The notes below the pieces were generated by a model. That model made no database searches. It saw only the letters and a list, made by a program, of their open reading frames with translations, and was not told where the DNA came from. Positions 45,901 to 56,551 of a DNA stretch of 64,000 bases are shown one piece after another (position 1 is the first letter of the stretch; every line of letters starts with the position of its first letter). A program made the position numbers and the translations under genes. The stretch comes from Escherichia coli (GTDB lineage Bacteria; Pseudomonadota; Gammaproteobacteria; Enterobacterales; Enterobacteriaceae), in assembly GCF_022846255.1 (NCBI RefSeq), contig NZ_AP025682.1; one strand, 5' to 3'.

Positions 45901-47884
45901 CGGTGAATTGCGCGTCATGGCGCAAGCCTGGACGGCAGATGACTTCGGAAGCAACGAAAGCAAAGTGATTGTTGCTGCACCGGTGATTGCTGAACTGAAC
46001 ATGCCACGCTTTATGGCGAGTGGCGATACCTCGCGCCTGACGCTGGATATCACTAATCTTACCGATAAACCGCAAAAACTTAATGTTGCTCTGACCGCCA
46101 GTGGCTTGCTTGAACTGGTGAGTAATTCCCCCGCACCTGTTGAATTAGCGCCAGGGGTGCGTACTACGCTGTTTATCCCGGTGCGTGCATTGCCGGGTTA
46201 TGGCGATGGAGACATTCAGGCCACCATTAGCGGGTTAGCGTTACCCGGGGAAACCGTTGCCGATCAGCATAAGCAGTGGACAATCGGCGTCCGTCCGGCA
46301 TTCCCGGCACAAACGGTCAATTACGGTACGGCGTTACAGCCTGGTGAAACCTGGGCGCTCCCGGCTGATGGATTGCAAAACTTCTCGCCTGTTACGCTGG
46401 AAGGGCAATTGTTGTTGAGCGGCAAACCACCGCTGAACATCGCACGTTATATCAAAGAGTTAAAAGCGTATCCGTACGGCTGTCTCGAGCAAACCACCAG
46501 CGGCCTGTTCCCGTCACTTTATACCAATGCAGCCCAACTGCAGGCGTTGGGCATCAAAGGCGACAGTGATGAGAAACGCCGTGCATCGGTCGATATCGGC
46601 ATTTCCCGTTTGCTGCAAATGCAACGTGATAACGGCGGCTTTACGCTGTGGGATAAAAACGGTGACGAAGAGTACTGGCTGACGGCTTACGTGATGGATT
46701 TCCTGGTCCGCGCAGGCGAACAGGGTTACAGCGTACCGACAGACGCCATTAACCGGGGTAATGAGCGTCTGCTGCGCTATTTACAAGATCCGGGCATGAT
46801 GTCGATCCCGTACGCTGATAATCTCAAAGCCAGTAAATTCGCCGTACAGTCTTACGCTGCGCTGGTGTTGGCCCGTCAGCAAAAAGCACCACTGGGTGCG
46901 TTGCGTGAAATCTGGGAGCATCGTGCAGATGCCGCTTCTGGTTTACCGCTGCTGCAACTTGGCGTTGCGCTGAAAACCATGGGTGATGCAATGCGTGGTG
47001 AAGAAGCGATTGTGCTGGCGCTGAAAACGCCGCGTAATAGTGATGAGCGGATATGGCTGGGTGATTACGGTAGTCCACTGCGCGACAGCGCGTTGATGCT
47101 CTCATTGCTGGAAGAGAACAAACTGCTACCCGATGAGCAGTACTCCCTGTTGAACACACTTTCGCAGCAGGCGTTCGGTGAACGCTGGCTATCGACGCAG
47201 GAAAGTAACGCGTTGTTCCTGGCTGCCCGTACTCTTCAGGATTTACCGGGCAAATGGCAGGCGCAAACCACTTTCTCTGCTGAGCCGCTGACAGGCGAGA
47301 AAGCGCAAACCAGCAATCTGAATAGCGATCAACTTGCCACCTTGCAGGTGACCAACAGTGGCGATCAGCCGTTATGGCTGCGTGTGGATGCCAGCGGTTA
47401 TCCGCAATCCGCACCTTTACCGGCGAGCAATGTGCTGCAAATTGAGCGTCATATTCTGGGTACTGACGGTAAGAGCAAATCGCTGGACTCGTTACGTAGC
47501 GGCGATCTGGTGCTGGTGTGGTTGCAGGTTAAAGCCAGTAACAGTGTACCGGATGCGTTAGTCGTGGATCTGTTGCCTGCGGGGCTGGAACTGGAAAACC
47601 AGAATCTGGCGAACGGCAGCGCCAGCCTGGAGCAAAGTGGTGGTGAAGTGCAGAACTTGCTGAACCAGATGCAGCAGGCGAGCATTAAGCACATAGAGTT
47701 CCGTGACGATCGCTTTGTGGCGGCGGTTGCCGTTGATGAATATCAACCGGTAACGCTGGTGTATCTGGCGCGGGCGGTGACGCCGGGAACGTATCAGGTG
47801 CCGCAGCCTATGGTGGAATCAATGTATGTTCCTCAATGGCGGGCGACTGGTGCGGCTGACGATCTGTTGATAGTCAGACCGTAA
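42923..47884 (+). CDS. yfhM: alpha-2-macroglobulin family lipoprotein (ECAM) with intact thioester site
   Basis: 1653 aa; lipobox LAGC at the N-terminus; thioester motif CLEQ in KAYPYGCLEQTTSG. Confidence 0.93.
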   Translation: MKKLRVAACMLMLALAGCDNNDNAPTAVKKDAPSEVTKAASSENVSSAKLSAPERQKLAQQSAGKALTLLDLSEVQLDGAATLVLTFSIPLDPDQEFSRVIHVVDKKSGKVDGAWELSDNLKELRLRHLEPKRDLIVTIGKEVKALNNATFSKDYEKTITTRDIQPSVGFASRGSLLPGKVIEGLPVMALNVNNVDVNFFRVKPESLPAFISQWEYRNSLANWQSDKLLQMADLVYTGRFDLNSARNTREKLLLPLGDIKPLQQAGVYLAVMNQAGRYDYSNPATLFTLSDIGVSAHRYHNRLDIFTQSLENGAAQQGVEVSLLNEKGQTLTQATSDAQGHVQLENDKNAALLLARKDGQTTLLDLKLPALDLAEFNIAGAPGYSKQFFMFGPRDLYRPGETVILNGLLRDADGKALPDQPIKLDVIKPDGQVLRSVVSQPENGLYHFTWPLDSNAATGMWHIRANTGDNQYRMWDFHVEDFMPERMALNLTGEKTPLTPKDEVRFSVVGYYLYGAPANGNTLQGQLFLRPLREAVSALPGFEFGDIAAENLSRTLDEVQLTLDDKGRGEVSTESQWKETHSPLQVIFQGSLLESGGRPVTRRAEQAIWPADALPGIRPQFASKSVYDYRTDSTVKQPIVDEGSNAAFDIVYSDAQGVKKAVSGLQVRLIRERRDYYWNWSEYEGWQSQFEQKDLIENEQTLDLKADETGKVSFPVEWGAYRLEVKAPNEAVSSVRFWAGYSWQDNSDGSGAVRPDRVTLKLDKASYRPGDTIKLHIAAPTAGKGYAMVESSEGPLWWQEIDVPAQGLDLTIPVDKTWNRHDLYLSTLVVRPGDKSRSATPKRAVGVLHLPLGDENRRLDLALETPTKMRPNQPLTVKIKASNKNGEMPKQVNVLVSAVDSGVLNITDYVTPDPWQAFFGQKRYGADIYDIYGQVIEGQGRLAALRFGGDGDELKRGGKPPVNHVNIVAQQALPVTLNEQGEGSVTLPIGDFNGELRVMAQAWTADDFGSNESKVIVAAPVIAELNMPRFMASGDTSRLTLDITNLTDKPQKLNVALTASGLLELVSNSPAPVELAPGVRTTLFIPVRALPGYGDGDIQATISGLALPGETVADQHKQWTIGVRPAFPAQTVNYGTALQPGETWALPADGLQNFSPVTLEGQLLLSGKPPLNIARYIKELKAYPYGCLEQTTSGLFPSLYTNAAQLQALGIKGDSDEKRRASVDIGISRLLQMQRDNGGFTLWDKNGDEEYWLTAYVMDFLVRAGEQGYSVPTDAINRGNERLLRYLQDPGMMSIPYADNLKASKFAVQSYAALVLARQQKAPLGALREIWEHRADAASGLPLLQLGVALKTMGDAMRGEEAIVLALKTPRNSDERIWLGDYGSPLRDSALMLSLLEENKLLPDEQYSLLNTLSQQAFGERWLSTQESNALFLAARTLQDLPGKWQAQTTFSAEPLTGEKAQTSNLNSDQLATLQVTNSGDQPLWLRVDASGYPQSAPLPASNVLQIERHILGTDGKSKSLDSLRSGDLVLVWLQVKASNSVPDALVVDLLPAGLELENQNLANGSASLEQSGGEVQNLLNQMQQASIKHIEFRDDRFVAAVAVDEYQPVTLVYLARAVTPGTYQVPQPMVESMYVPQWRATGAADDLLIVRP

Positions 47885-50197
47885 ATGCCTCGCCTGTTAA
47901 CCAAACGCGGCTGCTGGATAATGCTGGCAGCCGCGCCTTTTATCATCATTCTGGCAGCATGGGCAGCAGATAAACTCTGGCCTCTGCCATTGCAAGAAGT
48001 GAATCCTGCACGCGTGGTGGTGGCGCAGGATGGTACGCCACTCTGGCGTTTCGCCGATGCTGACGGCATCTGGCGTTATCCGGTAACAATCGAAGATGTT
48101 TCTCCACGTTACCTTGAAGCGCTGATCAATTATGAAGATCGCTGGTTCTGGAAGCATCCGGGGGTGAATCCGTTCTCGGTGGCGCGTGCAGCCTGGCAAG
48201 ATCTCACGTCGGGTCGGGTCATTTCCGGCGGCAGCACGCTCACCATGCAGGTGGCGCGCCTGCTTGATCCTCACCCCAAAACGTTTGGCGGCAAAATTCG
48301 CCAGCTCTGGCGCGCGTTGCAACTGGAATGGCATCTGTCTAAACGTGAAATTCTGACCTTGTATCTTAACCGTGCCCCGTTTGGCGGTACGTTGCAGGGG
48401 ATTGGTGCGGCAAGTTGGGCTTACCTCGGGAAATCGCCTGCGAATTTAAGCTATTCCGAGGCGGCAATGCTGGCGGTGTTGCCGCAAGCGCCCAGCCGTC
48501 TTCGCCCGGATCGTTGGCCGGAGCGTGCCGAAGCCGCGCGTAATAAAGTGCTCGAACGGATGGCCGTGCAAGGTGTGTGGTCCCATGAGCGGGTAAAAGA
48601 GTCAAGGGAAGAACCCATCTGGCTGGCACCCCGACAAATGCCGCAACTGGCACCGCTGTTTTCGCGCATGATGCTCGGTAAAAGCAAAAGCGACAAAATC
48701 GTTACTACGCTGGATGCCGGTCTTCAACGACGTCTGGAAGAACTGGCGCAAAACTGGAAAGGACGATTACCACCGCGCAGCTCACTGGCGATGATCGTGG
48801 TTGATCATACCGATATGCGTGTTCGCGGCTGGGTGGGTTCGGTTGATCTCAACGATGATTCACGCTTTGGTCATGTTGATATGGTCAATGCGATCCGATC
48901 GCCAGGATCGGTGCTCAAACCGTTTGTTTACGGTCTGGCGCTGGATGAAGGCTTGATCCACCCGGCATCGCTGTTGCAAGACGTCCCCCGGCGTACCGGT
49001 GATTACCGACCTGGCAACTTTGACAGCGGTTTTCATGGCCCGATCAGCATGAGCGAGGCGCTGGTGCGCTCGCTGAATTTACCAGCTGTGCAGGTGCTGG
49101 AAGCCTATGGACCGAAACGGTTTGCGGCAAAATTACGCAATGTTGGATTGCCGTTGTATCTGCCCAACGGTGCTGCGCCGAATCTTTCGCTCATTCTCGG
49201 CGGCGCTGGTGCAAAACTGGAAGATATGGCGGCGGCCTATACCGCGTTTGCTCGCCACGGCAAGGCAGGTAAATTGCGCTTACAGCCTGACGATCCGCTG
49301 CTTGAACGGCCTTTAATGTCGTCGGGGGCTGCGTGGATCATTCGCCGGATTATGGCTGATGAAGCGCAACCCTTGCCGGATGGTGCCTTGCCGCGCGTCG
49401 CCCCACTGGCATGGAAAACGGGCACCAGCTATGGCTATCGTGATGCCTGGGCGATTGGGGTTAACGCTCGCTATGTCATTGGGATCTGGACTGGCAGACC
49501 GGACGGCACGCCCGTTGTTGGTCAGTTTGGCTTTGCCAGTGCCGTACCGCTGTTGAATCAGGTTAATAATATCTTACTGTCGCGCAGTGTGAATTTGCCG
49601 GAAGACCCACGTCCTGACTCTGTAAGTCGTGGCGTTATCTGCTGGCCGGGCGGACAGTCTTTGCCGGAAGGTGACGGTAACTGTCGCCGCCGCCTGGCAA
49701 CCTGGCTGCTGGACGGGAGCCAGCCGCCAACTCTATTACTGCCGGAGCAGGAAGGCATTAATGGCATTCGTTTCCCCATCTGGCTGGATGAAAACGGCAA
49801 ACGTGTTGCCGCTGATTGCCCTCAGGCGCGACAAGAAATGATAAATGTCTGGCCGCTATCGCTGGAACCCTGGCTGCCCGCATCAGAACGTCGCGCTGTG
49901 CGCTTGCCACCGGCCTCGACAATTTGCCCGCCATACGGTCACGATGCACAACTCCCGCTGCAGCTAACAGGTGTGCGCGATGGCGCGATTATTAAACGTT
50001 TACCGGGCGCAGCGGAAGCGACTTTGCCGTTGCAATCAAGTGGAGGGGCAGGTGAACGCTGGTGGTTTCTGAATGGCGAACCGTTAACTGAACGTGGGCG
50101 CAACGTGACCCTGCATTTGACGGATAAAGGCGATTATCAATTGCTGGTGATGGATGACGTGGGGCAAATAGCGACAGTGAAATTTGTCATGCAATAG
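47885..50197 (+). CDS. pbpC: penicillin-binding protein 1C (bifunctional glycosyltransferase/transpeptidase)
   Basis: 770 aa; GT51 motifs and transpeptidase KTG(T/S) motif (WKTGTSYGYRDAWA); ATG directly abuts the yfhM stop (TAAATG). Confidence 0.93.
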   Translation: MPRLLTKRGCWIMLAAAPFIIILAAWAADKLWPLPLQEVNPARVVVAQDGTPLWRFADADGIWRYPVTIEDVSPRYLEALINYEDRWFWKHPGVNPFSVARAAWQDLTSGRVISGGSTLTMQVARLLDPHPKTFGGKIRQLWRALQLEWHLSKREILTLYLNRAPFGGTLQGIGAASWAYLGKSPANLSYSEAAMLAVLPQAPSRLRPDRWPERAEAARNKVLERMAVQGVWSHERVKESREEPIWLAPRQMPQLAPLFSRMMLGKSKSDKIVTTLDAGLQRRLEELAQNWKGRLPPRSSLAMIVVDHTDMRVRGWVGSVDLNDDSRFGHVDMVNAIRSPGSVLKPFVYGLALDEGLIHPASLLQDVPRRTGDYRPGNFDSGFHGPISMSEALVRSLNLPAVQVLEAYGPKRFAAKLRNVGLPLYLPNGAAPNLSLILGGAGAKLEDMAAAYTAFARHGKAGKLRLQPDDPLLERPLMSSGAAWIIRRIMADEAQPLPDGALPRVAPLAWKTGTSYGYRDAWAIGVNARYVIGIWTGRPDGTPVVGQFGFASAVPLLNQVNNILLSRSVNLPEDPRPDSVSRGVICWPGGQSLPEGDGNCRRRLATWLLDGSQPPTLLLPEQEGINGIRFPIWLDENGKRVAADCPQARQEMINVWPLSLEPWLPASERRAVRLPPASTICPPYGHDAQLPLQLTGVRDGAIIKRLPGAAEATLPLQSSGGAGERWWFLNGEPLTERGRNVTLHLTDKGDYQLLVMDDVGQIATVKFVMQ

Positions 50198-50260
50198 TCT
50201 GTTTTGTCCCTGATTGTTGCTTAAACTGGGTTTATTTTAAAAAAATGTTACCTTCATCAA

Positions 50261-50289
50261 TAGTCAACGGCCCTGTTGCTCATTATAAT
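50261..50289 (+). promoter_or_regulatory. putative sigma70 promoter of ndk
   Basis: TAGTCA (-35) - 17 bp - TATAAT (-10) about 55 bp upstream of the ndk ATG. Confidence 0.4.
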
Positions 50290-50345
50290 CCGCGCCATCT
50301 CGTACGCTGGTACAGACAACAACAGAACAATTTACAGAGGTAAAA

Positions 50346-50777
50346 ATGGCTATTGAACGTACTTTTTCCATCATCAAACCGAACGCGGTAGCAAAAAACG
50401 TGATTGGTAGTATCTTTGCGCGCTTTGAAGCTGCAGGGTTCAAAATTGTCGGCACCAAAATGCTGCACCTGACCGTTGAACAGGCTCGTGGCTTTTATGC
50501 TGAACACGATGGAAAACCGTTCTTTGATGGTCTGGTTGAATTCATGACTTCTGGCCCGATCGTTGTTTCCGTGCTGGAAGGTGAAAATGCTGTTCAGCGT
50601 CACCGCGATCTGCTGGGCGCGACCAATCCGGCAAATGCACTGGCCGGTACTCTGCGTGCTGATTACGCTGACAGCCTGACCGAAAATGGTACCCACGGTT
50701 CTGATTCCGTCGAATCTGCCGCTCGCGAAATCGCTTATTTCTTCGGCGAAGGCGAAGTGTGCCCGCGCACCCGTTAA
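50346..50777 (+). CDS. ndk: nucleoside diphosphate kinase
   Basis: 143 aa; active-site NGTHGSDS. Confidence 0.97.
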
Positions 50778-50840
50778 TAATTTCGTAAATGCCGCGTGCA
50801 AACGTGGCATCCGTGCGCCAGAATTTGTACAATGCAGCGC

Positions 50841-50880
50841 CCCCGGACGAGCAGCCGCTCACCGGGGCGTTTCTTTTTTC
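50841..50880 (+). terminator. putative intrinsic terminator downstream of ndk
   Basis: CCCCGG...CCGGGG stem followed by a T-rich tract (CGTTTCTTTTTTC). Confidence 0.4.
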
Positions 50881-50926
50881 AACCCTCCAGGGGCCATAAC
50901 GTGTAATAACGAGGCCGGAATAGCAT

Positions 50927-52081
50927 ATGTCTGAACAATTAGTCACACCTGAAAACGTCACCACGAAAGATGGAAAAATCAACCTGCTGGATCTCAACCG
51001 TCAGCAGATGCGGGAGTTTTTTAAAGATTTAGGTGAAAAACCCTTCCGCGCCGATCAGGTGATGAAGTGGATGTATCACTATTGCTGCGACAACTTTGAT
51101 GAGATGACCGACATCAATAAAGTGTTGCGCGGCAAACTGAAAGAGGTGGCGGAAATCCGTGCACCGGAAGTGGTTGAAGAACAGCGTTCATCTGACGGCA
51201 CCATTAAATGGGCGATCGCCGTTGGCGATCAGCGCGTTGAAACGGTGTATATCCCGGAAGACGACCGTGCCACGCTCTGCGTCTCTTCGCAGGTGGGGTG
51301 TGCGCTGGAGTGTAAATTCTGTTCCACCGCCCAGCAGGGCTTTAACCGCAACCTGCGGGTATCGGAAATTATCGGCCAGGTGTGGCGTGCGGCGAAAATT
51401 GTCGGCGCAGCAAAAGTCACCGGTCAGCGCCCAATCACTAACGTAGTGATGATGGGTATGGGCGAGCCGCTGCTCAACCTGAACAACGTCGTTCCGGCGA
51501 TGGAAATCATGCTTGATGATTTCGGTTTTGGCCTGTCAAAACGTCGCGTCACGCTTTCCACTTCCGGTGTGGTTCCGGCGCTGGATAAACTGGGCGATAT
51601 GATCGACGTAGCGCTGGCAATTTCCCTGCACGCGCCGAACGACGAAATTCGTGACGAAATTGTGCCGATCAACAAAAAGTACAATATCGAAACGTTCCTT
51701 GCGGCGGTGTGCCGTTATCTGGAGAAATCCAACGCCAATCAGGGCCGAGTCACTATTGAATACGTGATGCTTGACCACGTTAACGACGGCACTGAACACG
51801 CGCACCAACTGGCAGAACTGCTGAAAGATACGCCGTGTAAGATCAACCTGATCCCGTGGAACCCGTTCCCGGGCGCGCCGTATGGACGCAGTTCGAACAG
51901 CCGTATCGACCGTTTCTCAAAAGTGCTGATGAGCTACGGTTTCACCACTATTGTGCGTAAAACTCGTGGTGATGACATTGATGCTGCTTGTGGTCAGTTG
52001 GCGGGCGATGTTATCGACCGTACGAAACGTACTCTGCGTAAGCGGATGCAGGGTGAAGCCATCGACATTAAAGCGGTCTGA
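50927..52081 (+). CDS. rlmN: 23S rRNA/tRNA adenine C2-methyltransferase RlmN (radical SAM)
   Basis: 384 aa; radical-SAM CxxxCxxC motif (CALECKFC). Confidence 0.96.
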   Translation: MSEQLVTPENVTTKDGKINLLDLNRQQMREFFKDLGEKPFRADQVMKWMYHYCCDNFDEMTDINKVLRGKLKEVAEIRAPEVVEEQRSSDGTIKWAIAVGDQRVETVYIPEDDRATLCVSSQVGCALECKFCSTAQQGFNRNLRVSEIIGQVWRAAKIVGAAKVTGQRPITNVVMMGMGEPLLNLNNVVPAMEIMLDDFGFGLSKRRVTLSTSGVVPALDKLGDMIDVALAISLHAPNDEIRDEIVPINKKYNIETFLAAVCRYLEKSNANQGRVTIEYVMLDHVNDGTEHAHQLAELLKDTPCKINLIPWNPFPGAPYGRSSNSRIDRFSKVLMSYGFTTIVRKTRGDDIDAACGQLAGDVIDRTKRTLRKRMQGEAIDIKAV

Positions 52082-52087
52082 TAGCCA

Positions 52088-52127
52088 TTACGCCACGGTT
52101 ACTTTATGTACCGTGGCGTAATCTTTT
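52088..52127 (+). terminator. intrinsic terminator of rlmN
   Basis: TTACGCCACGG-loop-CCGTGGCGTAA 11-bp stem followed by TCTTTT. Confidence 0.6.
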
Positions 52128-52365
52128 ATGAATGAAGTATTAAGTTGCAATTGTCTGGTCAATATTAACGGTGCGTTTTTGCTGACTTTAAGGCAGTATG
52201 TAACGATGCAACAGTAAGTTAGCCTTAGCGAATGTGGGCTTTGTCACGAGCACACAGACGGTCTTATACTGTATGATAACGGTTAACTTAACGGATGTTT
52301 CGCGGTGTGGGTGGGCATGATGGTTCACCGGCATCTCAATTCTCATTTAAACGTACCTGCAGCGA

Positions 52366-53373
52366 ATGAATACTGAAGCCACGCACGACCAAAATGAAGC
52401 ACTTACTACCGGCGCTCGCCTGCGTAATGCTCGCGAACAACTAGGACTTAGTCAACAGGCCGTTGCCGAGCGACTTTGCCTGAAGGTTTCCACGGTACGC
52501 GACATTGAAGAAGATAAGGCACCCGCCGATCTTGCTTCAACATTCCTGCGCGGATATATCCGCTCTTATGCGCGTCTGGTACATATTCCAGAAGAAGAAC
52601 TGCTGCCAGGGCTGGAAAAGCAGGCTCCACTACGGGCTGCAAAAGTTGCGCCGATGCAGAGTTTTTCCCTCGGTAAACGCCGCAAAAAACGTGACGGCTG
52701 GCTGATGACCTTCACCTGGCTGGTGTTGTTTGTGGTTATTGGCCTGAGCGGTGCCTGGTGGTGGCAAGACCACAAAGCTCAGCAGGAAGAGATCACCACT
52801 ATGGCCGATCAATCTTCTGCGGAACTGAATAATAATCAAAGCCAGAGTGTACCGTTAGATACGTCGACAACCACAGATCAGGCTATGGCGACCACGCCGA
52901 CATCACCTGTGGATACCACCGCAACCAACACGCAAACACCTGCCGTAACTGCGCCAGCACCAGCTGTTGATCCGCAACAGAATGCGGTTGTTCCACCTTC
53001 GCAGGCAAATGTTGATACCGCTGCGACTCCGGCACCAGCGGCAACAACAACACCAGATGGCGCTGCGCCGTTGCCAACCGATCAGGCTGGCGTGACCACG
53101 CCGGCGGTTGACCCGAATGCGCTGGTGATGAACTTTACTGCCGATTGCTGGCTGGAAGTCACCGATGCTACCGGTAAAAAACTGTTTAGCGGTATGCAGC
53201 GTAAAGACGGTAATTTGAACTTAACCGGCCAGGCACCGTACAAACTGAAAATTGGTGCGCCAGCCGCAGTACAGATCCAGTATCAAGGGAAACCTGTCGA
53301 TCTGAGTCGTTTTATCAGAACTAACCAGGTTGCGCGTCTGACCCTCAATGCCGAACAATCACCGGCGCAGTAA
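52366..53373 (+). CDS. rodZ: cytoskeleton protein RodZ
   Basis: 335 aa; N-terminal XRE-type HTH, single TM segment, Pro/Thr/Ala-rich periplasmic linker, C-terminal domain. Confidence 0.93.
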   Translation: MNTEATHDQNEALTTGARLRNAREQLGLSQQAVAERLCLKVSTVRDIEEDKAPADLASTFLRGYIRSYARLVHIPEEELLPGLEKQAPLRAAKVAPMQSFSLGKRRKKRDGWLMTFTWLVLFVVIGLSGAWWWQDHKAQQEEITTMADQSSAELNNNQSQSVPLDTSTTTDQAMATTPTSPVDTTATNTQTPAVTAPAPAVDPQQNAVVPPSQANVDTAATPAPAATTTPDGAAPLPTDQAGVTTPAVDPNALVMNFTADCWLEVTDATGKKLFSGMQRKDGNLNLTGQAPYKLKIGAPAAVQIQYQGKPVDLSRFIRTNQVARLTLNAEQSPAQ

Positions 53374-53399
53374 CAGACGGGTAACGCGGGAGATTTTTC

Positions 53400-54518
53400 A
53401 TGCATAACCAGGCTCCAATTCAACGTAGAAAATCAACACGTATTTACGTTGGGAATGTGCCGATTGGCGATGGTGCTCCCATCGCCGTACAGTCCATGAC
53501 CAATACGCGTACGACAGACGTCGAAGCAACGGTCAATCAAATCAAGGCGCTGGAACGTGTTGGCGCTGATATCGTCCGTGTCTCCGTACCGACGATGGAC
53601 GCGGCAGAAGCGTTCAAACTCATCAAACAGCAGGTTAACGTGCCGCTGGTGGCTGACATCCACTTCGACTATCGCATTGCGCTGAAAGTAGCGGAATACG
53701 GCGTCGATTGTCTGCGTATTAACCCTGGCAATATCGGTAATGAAGAGCGTATTCGCATGGTGGTTGACTGTGCGCGCGATAAAAACATTCCGATCCGTAT
53801 TGGCGTTAATGCCGGATCGTTGGAAAAAGATCTGCAAGAAAAGTATGGCGAACCGACGCCGCAGGCGTTGCTGGAATCTGCCATGCGTCATGTTGATCAT
53901 CTCGATCGCCTGAACTTCGATCAGTTCAAAGTCAGCGTGAAAGCGTCTGACGTCTTCCTCGCTGTTGAGTCTTATCGTTTGCTGGCAAAACAAATCGATC
54001 AGCCGCTGCATCTGGGGATCACCGAAGCCGGTGGTGCGCGTAGCGGGGCAGTAAAATCCGCTATTGGTTTAGGTCTGCTGCTGTCTGAAGGCATCGGCGA
54101 CACGCTGCGCGTATCGCTGGCGGCCGATCCGGTCGAAGAGATCAAAGTCGGTTTCGATATTTTGAAATCGCTGCGTATCCGTTCGCGCGGGATCAACTTC
54201 ATCGCCTGCCCGACCTGTTCGCGTCAGGAATTTGATGTTATCGGTACGGTTAACGCGCTGGAGCAACGCCTGGAAGATATCATCACTCCGATGGACGTTT
54301 CGATTATCGGCTGCGTGGTGAATGGCCCTGGTGAGGCGCTGGTTTCTACACTCGGCGTCACTGGCGGCAACAAGAAAAGCGGCCTCTATGAAGATGGCGT
54401 GCGCAAAGACCGTCTGGACAACAACGATATGATCGATCAGCTGGAAGCGCGCATTCGTGCGAAAGCCAGTCAGCTGGACGAAGCGCGTCGAATTGACGTT
54501 CAGCAGGTTGAAAAATAA
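53400..54518 (+). CDS. ispG: 4-hydroxy-3-methylbut-2-enyl diphosphate synthase (IspG/GcpE)
   Basis: 372 aa; [4Fe-4S] ligands in [12 protein letters not shown] and GCVVNGPGE. Confidence 0.96.
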
Positions 54519-54628
54519 TAACGTGATGGGAAGCGCCTCGCTTCCCGTGTATGATTGAACCCGCATGGCTCCCGAAACATTGAGGGAAGCGTTGAGGGTT
54601 CATTTTTATATTCAGAAAGAGAATAAAC

Positions 54629-55903
54629 GTGGCAAAAAACATTCAAGCCATTCGCGGCATGAACGATTACCTGCCTGGCGAAACGGCCATCTGGCAGCGC
54701 ATTGAAGGCACACTGAAAAACGTGCTCGGCAGCTACGGTTACAGTGAAATCCGCTTGCCGATTGTAGAGCAGACCCCGCTATTCAAACGTGCGATTGGTG
54801 AAGTCACCGACGTGGTTGAAAAAGAGATGTACACCTTTGAGGATCGCAATGGCGACAGCCTGACTCTGCGCCCTGAAGGGACGGCGGGCTGTGTACGCGC
54901 CGGCATCGAGCATGGTCTTCTGTACAATCAGGAACAGCGTCTGTGGTATATCGGGCCTATGTTCCGTCACGAGCGTCCGCAGAAAGGGCGTTATCGTCAG
55001 TTCCATCAGTTGGGCTGCGAAGTTTTCGGTCTGCAAGGTCCGGATATCGACGCCGAACTGATTATGCTCACTGCCCGCTGGTGGCGCGCGCTGGGTATTT
55101 CCGAGCACGTAACTCTTGAGCTGAACTCTATCGGTTCGCTGGAAGCTCGTGCGAATTACCGCGATGCGCTGGTGGCATTCCTTGAGCAGCATAAAGAAAA
55201 GCTGGACGAAGACTGCAAACGCCGCATGTACACTAACCCGTTGCGCGTACTGGATTCAAAAAATCCGGAAGTGCAGGCGCTTCTCAACGACGCTCCGGCA
55301 TTAGGCGATTATCTGGACGAGGAATCTCGTGAGCACTTTGCCGGTCTGTGCAAACTGCTTGAGAGCGCGGGGATCGCTTACACCGTAAACCAGCGTCTGG
55401 TGCGCGGTCTGGATTACTATAACCGTACCGTTTTCGAGTGGGTGACTAACAGCCTCGGTTCCCAGGGCACCGTGTGTGCAGGTGGTCGTTATGACGGTCT
55501 GGTGGAACAACTGGGTGGTCGTGCAACACCGGCAGTCGGTTTTGCGATGGGCCTCGAACGTCTTGTATTGTTAGTTCAGGCCGTTAATCCGGAATTTAAA
55601 GCCGATCCTGTTGTCGATATATACCTGGTGGCTTCAGGTGCTGACACACAATCTGCGGCTATGGCATTAGCAGAGCGTCTGCGTGATGAATTACCGGGCG
55701 TGAAACTGATGACCAACCACGGCGGCGGCAACTTTAAGAAACAGTTTGCCCGTGCTGATAAATGGGGTGCCCGCGTTGCTGTGGTGCTGGGTGAGTCTGA
55801 AGTGGCTAACGGCACAGCAGTAGTGAAGGATTTGCGCTCTGGTGAGCAAACTGCAGTTGCGCAGGATAGCGTAGCCGCGCATTTGCGCACGTTACTGGGT
55901 TAA
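54629..55903 (+). CDS. hisS: histidine--tRNA ligase
   Basis: 424 aa with GTG start ([18 protein letters not shown]); class II aaRS motifs. Confidence 0.96.
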
Positions 55904-55920
55904 GGAAGGAGAAGGACAGC

Positions 55921-56541
55921 GTGGAAATTTACGAGAACGAAAACGACCAGGTTGAAGCGGTTAAACGCTTTTTTGCTGAAAATGGCAAAGCACTGGCTGT
56001 TGGGGTGATTTTGGGCGTTGGCGCACTGATTGGCTGGCGCTACTGGAACAGCCATCAGGTTGATTCTGCACGCTCCGCTTCTCTTGCCTATCAAAATGCG
56101 GTTACCGCAGTGAGCGAAGGCAAACCGGATAGCATCCCAGCGGCGGAAAAATTTGCTGCTGAAAATAAAAATACTTATGGTGCGCTGGCTTCTTTGGAAC
56201 TTGCGCAGCAATTTGTTGACAAAAATGAACTAGAGAAAGCTGCCGCCCAGTTACAACAGGGGCTGGCAGACACGAGCGATGAAAATCTCAAAGCCGTGAT
56301 AAATCTGCGTCTTGCTCGCGTTCAGGTACAGCTCAAGCAGGCTGATGCCGCGCTAAAAACCCTTGATGCTATCAAAGGTGAAGGGTGGGCTGCCATTGTT
56401 GCCGACCTGCGTGGTGAAGCATTGCTGAGCAAAGGTGATAAGCAAGGTGCGCGTAGTGCATGGGAAGCAGGCGTGAAAAGCGATGTTACCCCGGCACTGA
56501 GCGAAATGATGCAGATGAAAATTAATAATTTGTCCATCTGA
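55921..56541 (+). CDS. yfgM: TPR-like membrane-anchored protein YfgM (ancillary SecYEG/PpiD partner)
   Basis: 206 aa with GTG start (MEIYENENDQVEAVKRFFAENGK), single N-terminal TM helix. Confidence 0.9.
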   Translation: MEIYENENDQVEAVKRFFAENGKALAVGVILGVGALIGWRYWNSHQVDSARSASLAYQNAVTAVSEGKPDSIPAAEKFAAENKNTYGALASLELAQQFVDKNELEKAAAQLQQGLADTSDENLKAVINLRLARVQVQLKQADAALKTLDAIKGEGWAAIVADLRGEALLSKGDKQGARSAWEAGVKSDVTPALSEMMQMKINNLSI

Positions 56542-56551
56542 GAGGGACCCG

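Noticed and set aside
54528-54547. GGGAAGCG-cct-CGCTTCCC hairpin between ispG and hisS
   Set aside because: Stable stem-loop but not followed by a U-run; cannot be assigned as terminator or attenuator without transcript data.
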